A DNA stretch of 56,252 nucleotides from SAR324 cluster bacterium (GCA_028282505.1 JANQHV010000411.1:1-56252), one strand, 5' to 3'. Counted from the first letter of the stretch, positions 9,066 to 18,922 are shown. A program made the numbers and translations. The notes: generated by a model from the letters alone, not told the origin.

Positions 9066-9978
9066 GTGTATCCGAGTTTGATTTTCCTATGGATTCTCCT
9101 GTTGCAAAATTGATTGCAAAGGACTGAGAACCAGTGAGTGTGTTACTGGACCAATAGTGGGTTGGAAAGCCTGTCGATACGGTACAAGCACCACTGTTAT
9201 CAACACAAAAGTTATTATTACTGACCGGTGAGCCCGTTCCTGCCTGCTCATACATCCATTCCAATTCGGTTGCACTGGGTAAATAAGGGTCTGCCCCAGA
9301 CGCTGTCCCTCCTGTACAAGTTGTTTTAGCATCAGTGAAATTAACACAATTTGCATAGGTATTGGTACTGCGGCATTCTGCTTTATCACTGGATTCCATG
9401 ATGACACATTCGGTATCGTCTACTTGTACCAAAATACCTCCTACTGAATCGGCAACATCACTGCAGGCCGAACTCAGTCCAGTGGTACCTGCTGATATTG
9501 CTGCAGCTGCGGCGGCTGACTCTTGGCCCGGTGAAGGATTGAGTGCTTTGCTGGTTAATCCATTGGTGGCAATCCAGACAGCATTAAAGAGGGTAGTGTT
9601 GGAGAAGGCAAGTTGCTCTACATCCTGTAATAAGAAACCTGACAGGGGAAGAGTCTCATTTTTGCTCTCAAATTGTGCTGCTGTTAGTGAAGTGTAGGCA
9701 AAAAATGCAAACGGGGCTGAAAAGTCTGCAAAGAGAGCCCGATATTCAATTTCATCATCGATACTGCGGCTTTGGATTTCTGCAGGGTATCGATTATTTT
9801 GGATTTCAGCAAACACTGCCCTGTCAAATTCAGAGAGTGACATCCACGAAGTAAATGGGGGGTCTGAAGAGGTTGATTTGTCAGAGCTACAAGTGACTAT
9901 CATGAATGATAATAAGCTTAACCATAGTGTGATCCAGGCAATTCTTTTGTTCATTTTCATAGTGAGAATAAGATTCAA
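9031..9978 (-). CDS. Lipoprotein with a C-terminal DUF1566 (Lcl C-terminal-like) domain
   Basis: Lipobox ..FMIVTCSS. The C-terminus ..PSATELEWMY..HYWSSNT..FAINFATGE..SVRCV fits the DUF1566 pattern. The start codon is uncertain because there are several Met in the first 10 aa. Confidence 0.6.
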   Translation of the reverse strand: MNLILTMKMNKRIAWITLWLSLLSFMIVTCSSDKSTSSDPPFTSWMSLSEFDRAVFAEIQNNRYPAEIQSRSIDDEIEYRALFADFSAPFAFFAYTSLTAAQFESKNETLPLSGFLLQDVEQLAFSNTTLFNAVWIATNGLTSKALNPSPGQESAAAAAAISAGTTGLSSACSDVADSVGGILVQVDDTECVIMESSDKAECRSTNTYANCVNFTDAKTTCTGGTASGADPYLPSATELEWMYEQAGTGSPVSNNNFCVDNSGACTVSTGFPTHYWSSNTLTGSQSFAINFATGESIGKSNSDTLSVRCVMRLTP

Positions 9979-9980
9979 CT

Positions 9981-11108
9981 TTACAAACGATCAATAAATG
10001 TAATTTTCTTGGTTTTCGGTTTGACCTCTAAAGCTCGACCAACACGTTCTCCAAATTGTACATTGAATGAAAATTTTGGGATAGTGATTTCAGTCACGGT
10101 TCCTTCATCGTCAGAGAGTTTAATGGTTTGTGTGCCAATTTTAATGGTTCCTATATAAATTGGCAACTGGAGACTCACCGTTTCTGTTCGTAGTGTGAGA
10201 GTTGCCAACTCTTCCTCCCGCACGCCATAGCTGATATCAATTAAAGGTGGCAGTGCATAACGGATGAGTCCTCCTTTCGTATTTCCTCCTTCTCCTGCCT
10301 CGCCTAAAAAATTTTTCTCTACTTTGGCAATGTTGCCTACATCTCCCAGGAATTGAAAAATGGAGTTTTCCAACTCGTATGAATATCCCATCCCATAAAT
10401 AACTTGTCCTGGTTCTTCAAAATCTTCGGTTGCTTCGATTTTGGTGTTTCCTTTTTTGATATCATACTCAATCACTCCTTGTTTGGCAGGAATGTAGGCG
10501 ATGCCTAGGTCAATGATATCCCAGATGTTTGGGATAATAATGCCAACATCAATGGAGTCCATCACTGCGTTTCCATCAAATTTAGCATCAGCATTATCTC
10601 CTGTGACATTAAAAAATTTGATGTCTTTCTCAGTAATTATGTCATGACGATTGAAACTGGCCCCAATGGTAAATAGATCGAAAGGCATACCAATCAAAAA
10701 ACCAGAAGTAATACGAGTGATCTTTTCAGTACTACTGCGACTGATATCTTCTACTAAATTCGATTTGCTGTCATAACGGTCATATTGACCAGATAATTTA
10801 ACGCCAACAGAAAACCAATCTTCTACAGGCATCGCAAAGATGATGGAGCCTTGAGTGACTACCCCATCTTCATATTCGGAATCAGAGACAAATGTTTGTC
10901 CTGTGGTTTCTGGAGCTTCATATTGCGCTCCGTCATATTGAAGATGGAACCGGTTGATCAAACCAACAGAAGCTGGATTGGTGGTGATTCTTGCTGTAGA
11001 GACACCTCCTACAAAATCTTCCAAGTTGGCAGCATGAACATCAAATGAGAAGAGTATCCATACACAATACAGGCAGAGGCTTAGTAATCTGAAGATTGGG
11101 TTGATCAA
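9981..11108 (-). CDS. Putative outer-membrane beta-barrel protein
   Basis: Signal peptide ..ILFSFDVHA. Alternating hydrophobic beta-strand pattern. Stop-to-start spacing to the next gene is 2 nt, so it is probably an operon with the DUF1566 lipoprotein. Confidence 0.45.
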   Translation of the reverse strand: MINPIFRLLSLCLYCVWILFSFDVHAANLEDFVGGVSTARITTNPASVGLINRFHLQYDGAQYEAPETTGQTFVSDSEYEDGVVTQGSIIFAMPVEDWFSVGVKLSGQYDRYDSKSNLVEDISRSSTEKITRITSGFLIGMPFDLFTIGASFNRHDIITEKDIKFFNVTGDNADAKFDGNAVMDSIDVGIIIPNIWDIIDLGIAYIPAKQGVIEYDIKKGNTKIEATEDFEEPGQVIYGMGYSYELENSIFQFLGDVGNIAKVEKNFLGEAGEGGNTKGGLIRYALPPLIDISYGVREEELATLTLRTETVSLQLPIYIGTIKIGTQTIKLSDDEGTVTEITIPKFSFNVQFGERVGRALEVKPKTKKITFIDRL

Positions 11109-11325
11109 ATTAAGCTCCTTTCCAGGTAGAATTTTCTTAGATTACAGTTTCTAAGCCTGCTCAATGGTGGTAAGCTGAAAGTAAATCAAAAATTGTTCCA
11201 TACACTGGATCATTTGACAATCTGTGGTTTTTCGTTTTTACAAAGTCACAGATCACATTATTCTATAAATTTACGTCTATCATCTTCCCAGAACTATTAA
11301 CAATATTGGCAACATAAAAATAAAT

Positions 11326-11550
11326 ATGGAAAAAACAGTAGTAATACGCACCTTTTCCAATGAGATAATTGCAAGAATTGCCTCTGCGCATTTAGAGGCA
11401 CAGGGAATAGAAGCGGTTGTCCACAAAGATGACTGTGGAGGTGCTTATCCTCAACTACAAATGTCAATGGGAGTGCGTTTACTGGTGGCTGATCATGATC
11501 AGGAACAAGCAGAAGCGATGCTCCAGGAAGTCGAAAACACCTCTACTTGA
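11326..11550 (+). CDS. DUF2007-like small putative signal-transducing protein
   Basis: The 74-aa protein ..IIARIASAHLEAQGIEAVVH.. resembles the DUF2007 fold pattern. Confidence 0.45.
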   Translation: MEKTVVIRTFSNEIIARIASAHLEAQGIEAVVHKDDCGGAYPQLQMSMGVRLLVADHDQEQAEAMLQEVENTST

Positions 11551-12679
11551 TGATCTCTTGAAGATATTGGTGCTGGCGAGGAGTAAAAGGAAGTTGTTTC
11601 TCCTGATTCAATTGCTGGATTTGATCCCGGTATTGTGGGTCAACTTGAAACTGGTATTCAAATTTAGGAGGGCGTACTCCTTTTTCTGACCAGTATTGTT
11701 GTCGATTTCCCCGTGATTGCCGTTGAGGCTGAGTGAATTGCTGTATTTGTTGCTGTAGGCTGGAAAGCTGCATTTGAACTTGCTTGAGTCGAATTTGAGT
11801 GAACCCGGCGGCACTATCCACCTGTCTTACAGGATGGGATGGAATTTGCTGCATGGTTCGTTGTGCTGCTTGTTGACTTTGTTGAATGAGCAAATCCAAT
11901 TGGTCCAAAGAAAGGAAGGGGGATGTGTCCATTTGCTTTAAATTTTGCTGCATCGCTTCAATCAACTGGAGCACCTGATCTTGCAGGTTGGCAATGTTGG
12001 GACTCAAATTTTTAGGTAATTGAGGCAGCGTCAATTTGCCTTGCAGTTGGGATCGCACTTGTTTTTCCTTTTCCAAGGCTTGTGCCGTCAGGTCTGAAAG
12101 CTGATTCAACTGACGAATTGTATCCCCAAATTGAGTGCTGTTGTACTGAGCAATGGATTGTTGCAATCTTTGTTGTTGCTGGTCAAATGCTGCCAGCATG
12201 CGGTTTAATAATTCTCGGGCTTCCTGAAATTGTTTGTTTTTTAATAACTCTTTTAACGCTTCCATTAAGGTGGATAGCGGCATGGATTGCATATTTTGTG
12301 AAAAGGAAGATTCTGGGAATTGTTCTGTCAGTTCTGTTTGTTTTTGCAGAATTTCTTTCATATGTGTTTCAAAATTTTCTAAGGCTGTGAACAATTGTTC
12401 AAATTCCTCTGTGCCCTGATGATTTTCCATTTTTTGAAGCCATTGTTCCAGATTCTGAAAACTGGTATACACATCATTGCCTTGCTGAAATATCTCCTCA
12501 AATTCTTGACGCTCCAGCAACTTTCTCAATTTGTGACGCATCTGGCTCATCACCTGATATTCTTGTGCCATTAAGCGGTGTTCTGGTGATGGAATGGTTT
12601 TTGTACCCCAGACAGTTTGGCTACCTAGGAGCAATAACCAACCAATTGTTACAAAATAAATCAAAGATTGTGCTTTCAT
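11543..12679 (-). CDS. Secreted glutamine-rich coiled-coil protein
   Basis: N-terminal signal/anchor MKAQSLIYFVTIGWLLLLGSQTVWG. The remainder is Q/L/E-rich with heptad character. No family recognised. Confidence 0.45.
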   Translation of the reverse strand: MKAQSLIYFVTIGWLLLLGSQTVWGTKTIPSPEHRLMAQEYQVMSQMRHKLRKLLERQEFEEIFQQGNDVYTSFQNLEQWLQKMENHQGTEEFEQLFTALENFETHMKEILQKQTELTEQFPESSFSQNMQSMPLSTLMEALKELLKNKQFQEARELLNRMLAAFDQQQQRLQQSIAQYNSTQFGDTIRQLNQLSDLTAQALEKEKQVRSQLQGKLTLPQLPKNLSPNIANLQDQVLQLIEAMQQNLKQMDTSPFLSLDQLDLLIQQSQQAAQRTMQQIPSHPVRQVDSAAGFTQIRLKQVQMQLSSLQQQIQQFTQPQRQSRGNRQQYWSEKGVRPPKFEYQFQVDPQYRDQIQQLNQEKQLPFTPRQHQYLQEIIK

Positions 12680-12771
12680 TGGACTTGTCTTTTTTTACTT
12701 TCCTGACTTAAGATTCTGCAATTATCTAAAATGATTAGTAGAATAACACTTTTATCCCCAAGAGGCGCTTT

Positions 12772-14250
12772 ATGATAACATTTGCAGCAGTCAGTGATTT
12801 GATTCCCATTATTCCTGAATTAATCTTAACGTTTGTTGCTATCCTCGTATTAATTGTCGACCTGGTGGGTAGTCAGACAAAATATCGCATGACTGCTGCT
12901 GTTCTTTCTGTTCTGGGGTTATGTATTGCTATTGTAGCAGAAATTCAGTTATTTGGAGAAAATTATACAGGTTTTTTTAATACAATCGTTGCTGATGAGT
13001 ATTCGATTTTATTCGAAATCATTTATATGATCACAGGTATCATCACTATCATGATTTCGTGGCATTACATTGCCGAAAATGAAATGAATTTCCGGGAATA
13101 TTATGCGCTAATCCTGTTTGCCATCATCGGTATGATGTTCATGACATCCAGCACGGACTTGCTCCTGATTTTTATTGGTTTGGAGATCATGTCCATTTCC
13201 AGCTACATTTTGGTAGGAATGATGCGTCAATCGACCAAATCCAATGAAGCGGCCTTGAAATATTTGATGTTGGGAGCCTTTTCTACCGGATTTTTGCTAT
13301 ATGGCATTTCTCTCCTGTATGGAGCGACAGCCAGCACCAGACTACCTCAAATTGTTGCTCATTTACAAGAGCATGGTGTTTTTGACAATCCATTGACAGG
13401 ATTTGGTTTAGCCTTACTCGTCATTGGAGTTGGCTTCAAAGTGGCCATTGTGCCTTTTCATATGTGGACACCCGATGTTTATTCAGGTGCTCCCACTCCT
13501 GTTACTGCATTCATGTCGGCTGCGGCAAAAGCTGCTGGTTTTGCGATGCTCATTCGTATTTTCCTGACAGGTATTCCTTATGCAGAAAGATGGGATAACT
13601 TGATGTGGTTAATTGCGGTGTTGACCATGACGGTTGGAAATGTAATGGCCTTACAGCAAAAAAGTATCAAGCGTATGTTGGCTTATTCGTCCATTGCTCA
13701 TGCCGGATATGTCATGGTTGCGGTGGTTGCTGGATCAGAAGCAGCAATCAGCGGAATCATCTTCTATTCTTTGGCGTATGCACTGATGGGCGTTGGCGCT
13801 TTTGGTGTGCTCGCCATCCAGTCCCAGGGAAGGACATTAGAAACTTATGATGATTTTACAGGATATGCTTTTCATGGACCCAAAGAGCAGGTCATGGCTT
13901 TCCTGATGAGCATTTTTATGTTGTCTTTGCTGGGCTTACCACTCACTGCCGGGTTTGTGGGCAAGTTTCAAATCTTTTATGCGGCATTGGATGCCGGCTG
14001 GGTTTGGTTGACCGTTCTTGCTGCCATGAACAGTGTTGTTTCTCTCTTTTATTACCTGCGAGTGATTGTTTGCATGTATATGAAAGAGCCTCTGAAATCT
14101 GTAAAAGAAGGTGATGGAGCCCCCACCCTTTCTTCTGTGTTTGCGATATCTGGACTATTAGGCACTGCAATTGCAGTCCTTTATCTGGGAGTTTTTCCAA
14201 ATGCATTTGTAGAATTGGCTCAACTTTCTGTAAAGACACTTTCTTTTTAA
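12772..14250 (+). CDS. nuoN: NADH-quinone oxidoreductase subunit N
   Basis: The 492-aa polytopic protein has ..REYYALILFAIIGMMFM.SSTDLLLIFIGLEIMSISSYILVG...SNEAALKYLMLGAFSTGFLLYG.., typical of NuoN/ND2. No other nuo genes are adjacent. Confidence 0.85.
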   Translation: MITFAAVSDLIPIIPELILTFVAILVLIVDLVGSQTKYRMTAAVLSVLGLCIAIVAEIQLFGENYTGFFNTIVADEYSILFEIIYMITGIITIMISWHYIAENEMNFREYYALILFAIIGMMFMTSSTDLLLIFIGLEIMSISSYILVGMMRQSTKSNEAALKYLMLGAFSTGFLLYGISLLYGATASTRLPQIVAHLQEHGVFDNPLTGFGLALLVIGVGFKVAIVPFHMWTPDVYSGAPTPVTAFMSAAAKAAGFAMLIRIFLTGIPYAERWDNLMWLIAVLTMTVGNVMALQQKSIKRMLAYSSIAHAGYVMVAVVAGSEAAISGIIFYSLAYALMGVGAFGVLAIQSQGRTLETYDDFTGYAFHGPKEQVMAFLMSIFMLSLLGLPLTAGFVGKFQIFYAALDAGWVWLTVLAAMNSVVSLFYYLRVIVCMYMKEPLKSVKEGDGAPTLSSVFAISGLLGTAIAVLYLGVFPNAFVELAQLSVKTLSF

Positions 14251-14351
14251 GCAATACTTCTAATAGTTTTGGAATGCGGATAACCGAGACATCGGACCGC
14301 TCTGATCAATCAGCGTGTATCTGCGTCCAATTAAATTGTCTGAACTATTGT

Positions 14352-14517
14352 TTAAGAACCTGTTTGAAAAACCTGATTTTGATGTAAAACCGCCTCATTG
14401 GCGTCTGTTTTGAGAAAATTTGCGTTAAAGAGACTGGCTATGCCTTAAATTTTCTTAAGAATCCGCTCAACGAGATCGATTTTTCACGACGAATCAGCTT
14501 TTCTAGACAGGTTCTAA
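14352..14517 (+). mobile_element. Foldback/MITE-like element, family B, copy 2
   Basis: Termini ttaagaacctgt (14352-14363) and acaggttctaa (14507-14517) are inverted. The two halves of the element pair as a long imperfect palindrome. Homologous to 121-290 in the opposite orientation. Confidence 0.7.
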
Positions 14518-14545
14518 TGGTAAATAATTCCTATCCGGTTTCAGA

Positions 14546-14950
14546 ATGAAAAAATCATTGGTTCGAGATCATCTTAAGTTGGGATTCAGTTTGATTGAAG
14601 TCATGATCGTTGTGGTGATCATTGGCATTTTAGCAACACTTGCCTATCCTCGACTGGAACGCTATTTGATTAGCTCTCGCCAAACAGAAGTAAAAACGAA
14701 CTTAATTGCCATCCATACCGCACAAAAAATTTATCACTCATCGAACCGAAAATACGCTGCCTCTCTCAATGAATTAGGAGTCGAAGTCCCACAAGGCGAA
14801 AATGCTCAATACAGTTATACGCTGGAAACGGATGGAAATTCTTTTACGGTTACAGCAACTGGTAATATTGACAGCGATGAAACAAAAGATGTTTGGACAA
14901 TCAATCAGGATAAAAATTTAATCAATGTAGAAAATGATGTCACCAATTGA
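14546..14950 (+). CDS. Type IV pilin / pseudopilin-like protein
   Basis: Prepilin signature ..KLG|FSLIEVMIVVVIIGILATLAYP with Glu at +5. 134 aa. Confidence 0.8.
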   Translation: MKKSLVRDHLKLGFSLIEVMIVVVIIGILATLAYPRLERYLISSRQTEVKTNLIAIHTAQKIYHSSNRKYAASLNELGVEVPQGENAQYSYTLETDGNSFTVTATGNIDSDETKDVWTINQDKNLINVENDVTN

Positions 14951-16385
14951 AATGCGAGACAGGCATTTTCCAGCAATTCCTTATTCACTGTGTCTGATCC
15001 CCCTTTTTCTTGCTTTTCTGACAGGATGTCTTTCCAAAAAAGTACATTATGAAATACCGCCTTCCCATCATGCATTAACTGGAATTTCCCAACTGCATGT
15101 GGATGAATTTTCTGGACAAAACGCACTTTTTTTTAAAGATATTTTAATCCAGGAGATCTATAAAATTCCTAATTTTGACTATCAGGAAACCTACCCCACT
15201 GGATCAGAATATGCTGCCGTTATTACAGGTAAAGTGACAGTCTATTCTGTTCGGAATGAAAAAGAACTGCGCGACCAGAATCGAGTCAAATTGATTCAAC
15301 GAGATATTGTTCAACGCCCCAAAGGTTCCAGTGAGCGAATCCGCAAACGAATATTTGACTTTGTGGAAGTTCCTTATAAAGAGCGTGCGATTCATCGAAC
15401 TTTGGATTTAAATATCCTGTTTACTGTGGTTTCTGCCAGAACGAATAAAGTCCTTTATAAAAATACAGAAAAAGTAAGTTTCCAGCAAAGTTATATTGAT
15501 GAAGAAGAAATTCTGTTGATGCCGTTATCTCAATATGAAATGGAACGTTTGGGACGTTTGTTGATTCGCAGGTTTCTCGAAAAAATCAATCCTTCTTTAT
15601 CCCGAAAAGCTTTGGCACTGGAAATTGGAACAGCACCATTACCACTCAGCCTGGGAATGGCGGATGTGGGACATCCACGTATCCTGAATGGTAATCGTTA
15701 TGCCGTGATACAAGACTATGAGAGGGCCATTAAAATCTGGAATTATGTGGTCTTCTCGCCTCAACCTTTTGTCCGTGCAGAAGTATTTGAGTTCACAGAT
15801 AAAGTATACGCTCGACTAAAATCAGCAAAACTGCCTCCAAGGATCATTCAATCTTTATTGGAATTGCATAATGACTCATTTAATCTGGAAGAGTTGAATG
15901 AGATTTTGCCGAAACTGATCGGCCAGCGAAATTATCAGATCTATAGCTCCATCATTAAAACTCATGCACGCACTTCCAGGAATAGAGACAGCTTGAATTT
16001 AGCAGCCGCTCATTATAATTTAGGTGCTGTTTATCAATTGCAAAATAAACTCTCACTGGCAGCCTACCACTTTGCTCAGGCAAATGCCTACAATCCTAAT
16101 GAAAAATATGCACAGGCCTGGACGGATGTGCAACATGAATTAGGAGATTTTAATCCTTTAGATACATTGATGGATCGGACTATTGAAGCGGCCAGTAAAC
16201 AATTGCCACCTTCGGATGCATTGGTTAAAGTTGAAAAGAGATTAGCTGGTCTTGAGGAAGAGGTCGATACACAAACAGATTATCCCCAACTCAAACACGT
16301 TGAGCTTCCTGTTTTGTTCGAAGAAAACGAAGATAAATCTGCTCCCTCCCCAACAGGCTCAACACCCATATTAGATCTGGATTAA
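14934..16385 (+). CDS. Lipoprotein with a TPR-like C-terminal half
   Basis: Lipobox LAFLTGC. Helical repeat segment ..AAHYNLGAVYQLQNKLSLAAYHFAQANAYNPNEKYA... Overlaps the pilin gene by 17 nt. Confidence 0.5.
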   Translation: MMSPIEMRDRHFPAIPYSLCLIPLFLAFLTGCLSKKVHYEIPPSHHALTGISQLHVDEFSGQNALFFKDILIQEIYKIPNFDYQETYPTGSEYAAVITGKVTVYSVRNEKELRDQNRVKLIQRDIVQRPKGSSERIRKRIFDFVEVPYKERAIHRTLDLNILFTVVSARTNKVLYKNTEKVSFQQSYIDEEEILLMPLSQYEMERLGRLLIRRFLEKINPSLSRKALALEIGTAPLPLSLGMADVGHPRILNGNRYAVIQDYERAIKIWNYVVFSPQPFVRAEVFEFTDKVYARLKSAKLPPRIIQSLLELHNDSFNLEELNEILPKLIGQRNYQIYSSIIKTHARTSRNRDSLNLAAAHYNLGAVYQLQNKLSLAAYHFAQANAYNPNEKYAQAWTDVQHELGDFNPLDTLMDRTIEAASKQLPPSDALVKVEKRLAGLEEEVDTQTDYPQLKHVELPVLFEENEDKSAPSPTGSTPILDLD

Positions 16386-16433
16386 ACATAAAATTTCTTG
16401 TACAAACTACTACCGAACAATAACTTTTACTTG

Positions 16434-17618
16434 ATGAAAAGAGGCTTTATGTGGAAACAAATGGTATTATGTGTATTCAGTTTACTCTTATCTGTCATTC
16501 CGGTTCATGCCAATCAAGTGATTGCCATAGGGTCTGCTGAAATTTACAGTGGAAATGTCGGTAGTGCTCGCAATCAGGCATTACAAAATGCACAGAGGCA
16601 AGCAGTAGAACAAGGAGTTGGCGCATTAATTGATTCAAACACCATCTCTGAAAATTTTCAAATCATCAAAGATGAGATCCTCAGCTCCAGTCGTGGATTT
16701 GTCACAAATTATGAAATACTGGAAGAAGGGCGTACGGAAGATGGTGCCGCATATCAAGTTAAGATTCGGGCAAATGTTTCGGACAAAGGGATTCGTGACA
16801 AATTGACCGCTCTACGGATCTTACATAAAAAAATGGGCAACAAGCGATTGATGATTGTTTATCATAAACGCGACCCCGAAGCGTCTTCCCGCAAATTTCA
16901 AACCATCCCATCGCTTTTGGGAACGTTGCGTGATGAATTCAATACAGCTGGTTTTCGTGTGTTTAATGACCAGGTGATGAATAATGTTTATAAAGCCATT
17001 GAAGTGGCGACGATCATCGACCGTCCCACAGAGAGTTTACTTGCTTTGGCCCTGGATCAACAAGCAGAGATTTTGGTAGAAGTGGAATTGGTCGCAGGCA
17101 AGCGTGGTAGACAGGGAGGTTCATTCAATGCTGTCAAAGCAGAAGTTAGATTGAGTGTTCATGATGTGAGCACTGGTCGGCAAATCGCTGATGTGATCGG
17201 ATCAGGAAAAAAACTTTCAACAGGACGCATGGGGGCATTTGATATCCATAAAGATCTCACAACTGCCAGTGGTACGGCAGCAAGAAGGGCTGCCAAAGAT
17301 GCCATCAGTAAGATTACAGATTATTATCAGTCCATAGGAGATCAGGGATTTGCTTATTTGATTGTACTGAGAAACTATACTCAAGATGAGGAAGATGAAA
17401 TTCTCGATTATCTGGAGAGTATACCAGGATTCAAAGATATCAGTGAGTTGAAAAATTCTCCCAATTACTTGGAAATTGAGTTGTTTTCCTCAGAATCAAA
17501 AAGTCGTTTGCGCAGGAAAATCCGTCGCGATTTACGACAAAAAAACATTGAACTGATTTCTCAGGAAACATCTGGAAATCGGTTACTTTTCATGAAGCCG
17601 GGTACGGAGAATAATTAA
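16434..17618 (+). CDS. Periplasmic LPP20/FlgT-like domain protein
   Basis: Signal peptide MKRGFMWKQMVLCVFSLLLSVIPVHA, using the internal ATG of ORF 16398-17618. AIGSAEI..ARNQALQNAQRQAVEQGVGALI...YQVKIRANV resembles the LPP20/FlgT N-domain pattern. The stop overlaps the mtaB start (TAATG). Confidence 0.45.
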   Translation: MKRGFMWKQMVLCVFSLLLSVIPVHANQVIAIGSAEIYSGNVGSARNQALQNAQRQAVEQGVGALIDSNTISENFQIIKDEILSSSRGFVTNYEILEEGRTEDGAAYQVKIRANVSDKGIRDKLTALRILHKKMGNKRLMIVYHKRDPEASSRKFQTIPSLLGTLRDEFNTAGFRVFNDQVMNNVYKAIEVATIIDRPTESLLALALDQQAEILVEVELVAGKRGRQGGSFNAVKAEVRLSVHDVSTGRQIADVIGSGKKLSTGRMGAFDIHKDLTTASGTAARRAAKDAISKITDYYQSIGDQGFAYLIVLRNYTQDEEDEILDYLESIPGFKDISELKNSPNYLEIELFSSESKSRLRRKIRRDLRQKNIELISQETSGNRLLFMKPGTENN

Positions 17619-18922
17619 TGCCTAAAAATCCAAGTGTCTCTTTTCATACTTTAGGCTGTCGCCTGAACCAGGCAGAGACTTCCACGATTCTCAAAAGTTT
17701 TGTAGAAAACAATTATAAAATCGTTCCTTCCTCAGAACCTGCTGATGTATGTGTGATCAATACATGTACTGTGACAGAGCACAGTGATGCCAAGAATCGT
17801 CAACTGATTCGGGCCATTCATCGTAAAAACCCCAAGGTATGTATTGCGGTCATTGGTTGTTATTCTCAAATGGCCGCAGAAGAAATTAAAAAACTGGATG
17901 GCGTGAAACTAGTCATTGGCAATGCAGAAAAACTGAATCTGGTTTCTTATATCAAACAGGCACAACAAAGACATGCTCCCCTGGTCATTAACCCTAAAAT
18001 CAAACGGGAAGTTTTCACAGAACCCGTCTTTCAACAAAACAATTACACTACAAGGGCTCATCTGAAGGTCCAGGATGGCTGTGATTTCATGTGCTCTTTT
18101 TGTATCATCCCCTTTTCCAGAGGACGTGGCCGTTCCAGAAACTTCGAAAACATTCGAGAAGAAGCAAAAGCATTAATCGAAACAGGAGCCAGGGAAATTG
18201 TGCTGACAGGAGTCAATGTGGGAACATATGAAGATGGCCTAAAAACACTGGTAGATGTCGTCGATATGTTGGCTGAGTTTTCGGATTTGGACAGAATTCG
18301 GATTAGTTCTATTGAGCCCACCACTGTTTCACATTCCCTTTTAACGAGAATGGCTAATGCTGATCACAAATTAGTACCCTATTTGCACTTGCCACTTCAA
18401 TCTGGCTCAGATGCCATTCTGATGGAGATGAAACGCCAATATAACAAAGAAAGCTATCGGATAGAAATGATGGAGGCATTTGAGCAGGTACCTGATCTTT
18501 GCATTGGTACTGATGTGATGGTTGGGTTTCCTGGAGAAACAGAAAAGGATTTTGAAAGCACACTTCACCTTTTGGACTCACTGCCGTTTGCTTATTTTCA
18601 TGTGTTTCCCTTTTCAGAAAGAAAAGGCACTCCAGCAATCAAGTTGAATCACAAAGTACACTCCAAAGCAAAAAAAGAGCGCAGTCAGATACTACGGCAG
18701 CTGAGCCAGGAAAAACGTGCTTCTTTTTATCAATCTTTTATTGGGAAAGTACGACCCGTTTTGTTTGAAACACCTAGAGTTACAGGAGAGCCGGTTGGCT
18801 ACACAGATAACTATATCAAAGTTTGTCTTTCTGACTCTCCAGGCAGAGTGTTAACAAACCAAATTGTACCAGTACAATTTTTAGAATACCAAGAAGAAGT
18901 GGTGGTTGGGCAATTAATTTAA
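17618..18922 (+). CDS. mtaB: Radical-SAM methylthiotransferase, MtaB-like
   Basis: The N-terminal domain SFHTLGCRLNQAET..VINTCTVT, the radical-SAM cluster motif CDFMCSFCIIP and a TRAM-like C-terminus are all present. Confidence 0.8.
   Translation: MPKNPSVSFHTLGCRLNQAETSTILKSFVENNYKIVPSSEPADVCVINTCTVTEHSDAKNRQLIRAIHRKNPKVCIAVIGCYSQMAAEEIKKLDGVKLVIGNAEKLNLVSYIKQAQQRHAPLVINPKIKREVFTEPVFQQNNYTTRAHLKVQDGCDFMCSFCIIPFSRGRGRSRNFENIREEAKALIETGAREIVLTGVNVGTYEDGLKTLVDVVDMLAEFSDLDRIRISSIEPTTVSHSLLTRMANADHKLVPYLHLPLQSGSDAILMEMKRQYNKESYRIEMMEAFEQVPDLCIGTDVMVGFPGETEKDFESTLHLLDSLPFAYFHVFPFSERKGTPAIKLNHKVHSKAKKERSQILRQLSQEKRASFYQSFIGKVRPVLFETPRVTGEPVGYTDNYIKVCLSDSPGRVLTNQIVPVQFLEYQEEVVVGQLI

Noticed and set aside
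9031-9978. Diversity-generating retroelement targeting the DUF1566 (or LamG) C-terminus
   Set aside because: No reverse-transcriptase ORF and no template-repeat copy of the 9060-9300 or LamG 3' sequence is visible anywhere in the window. I keep it only as a genome-wide check.
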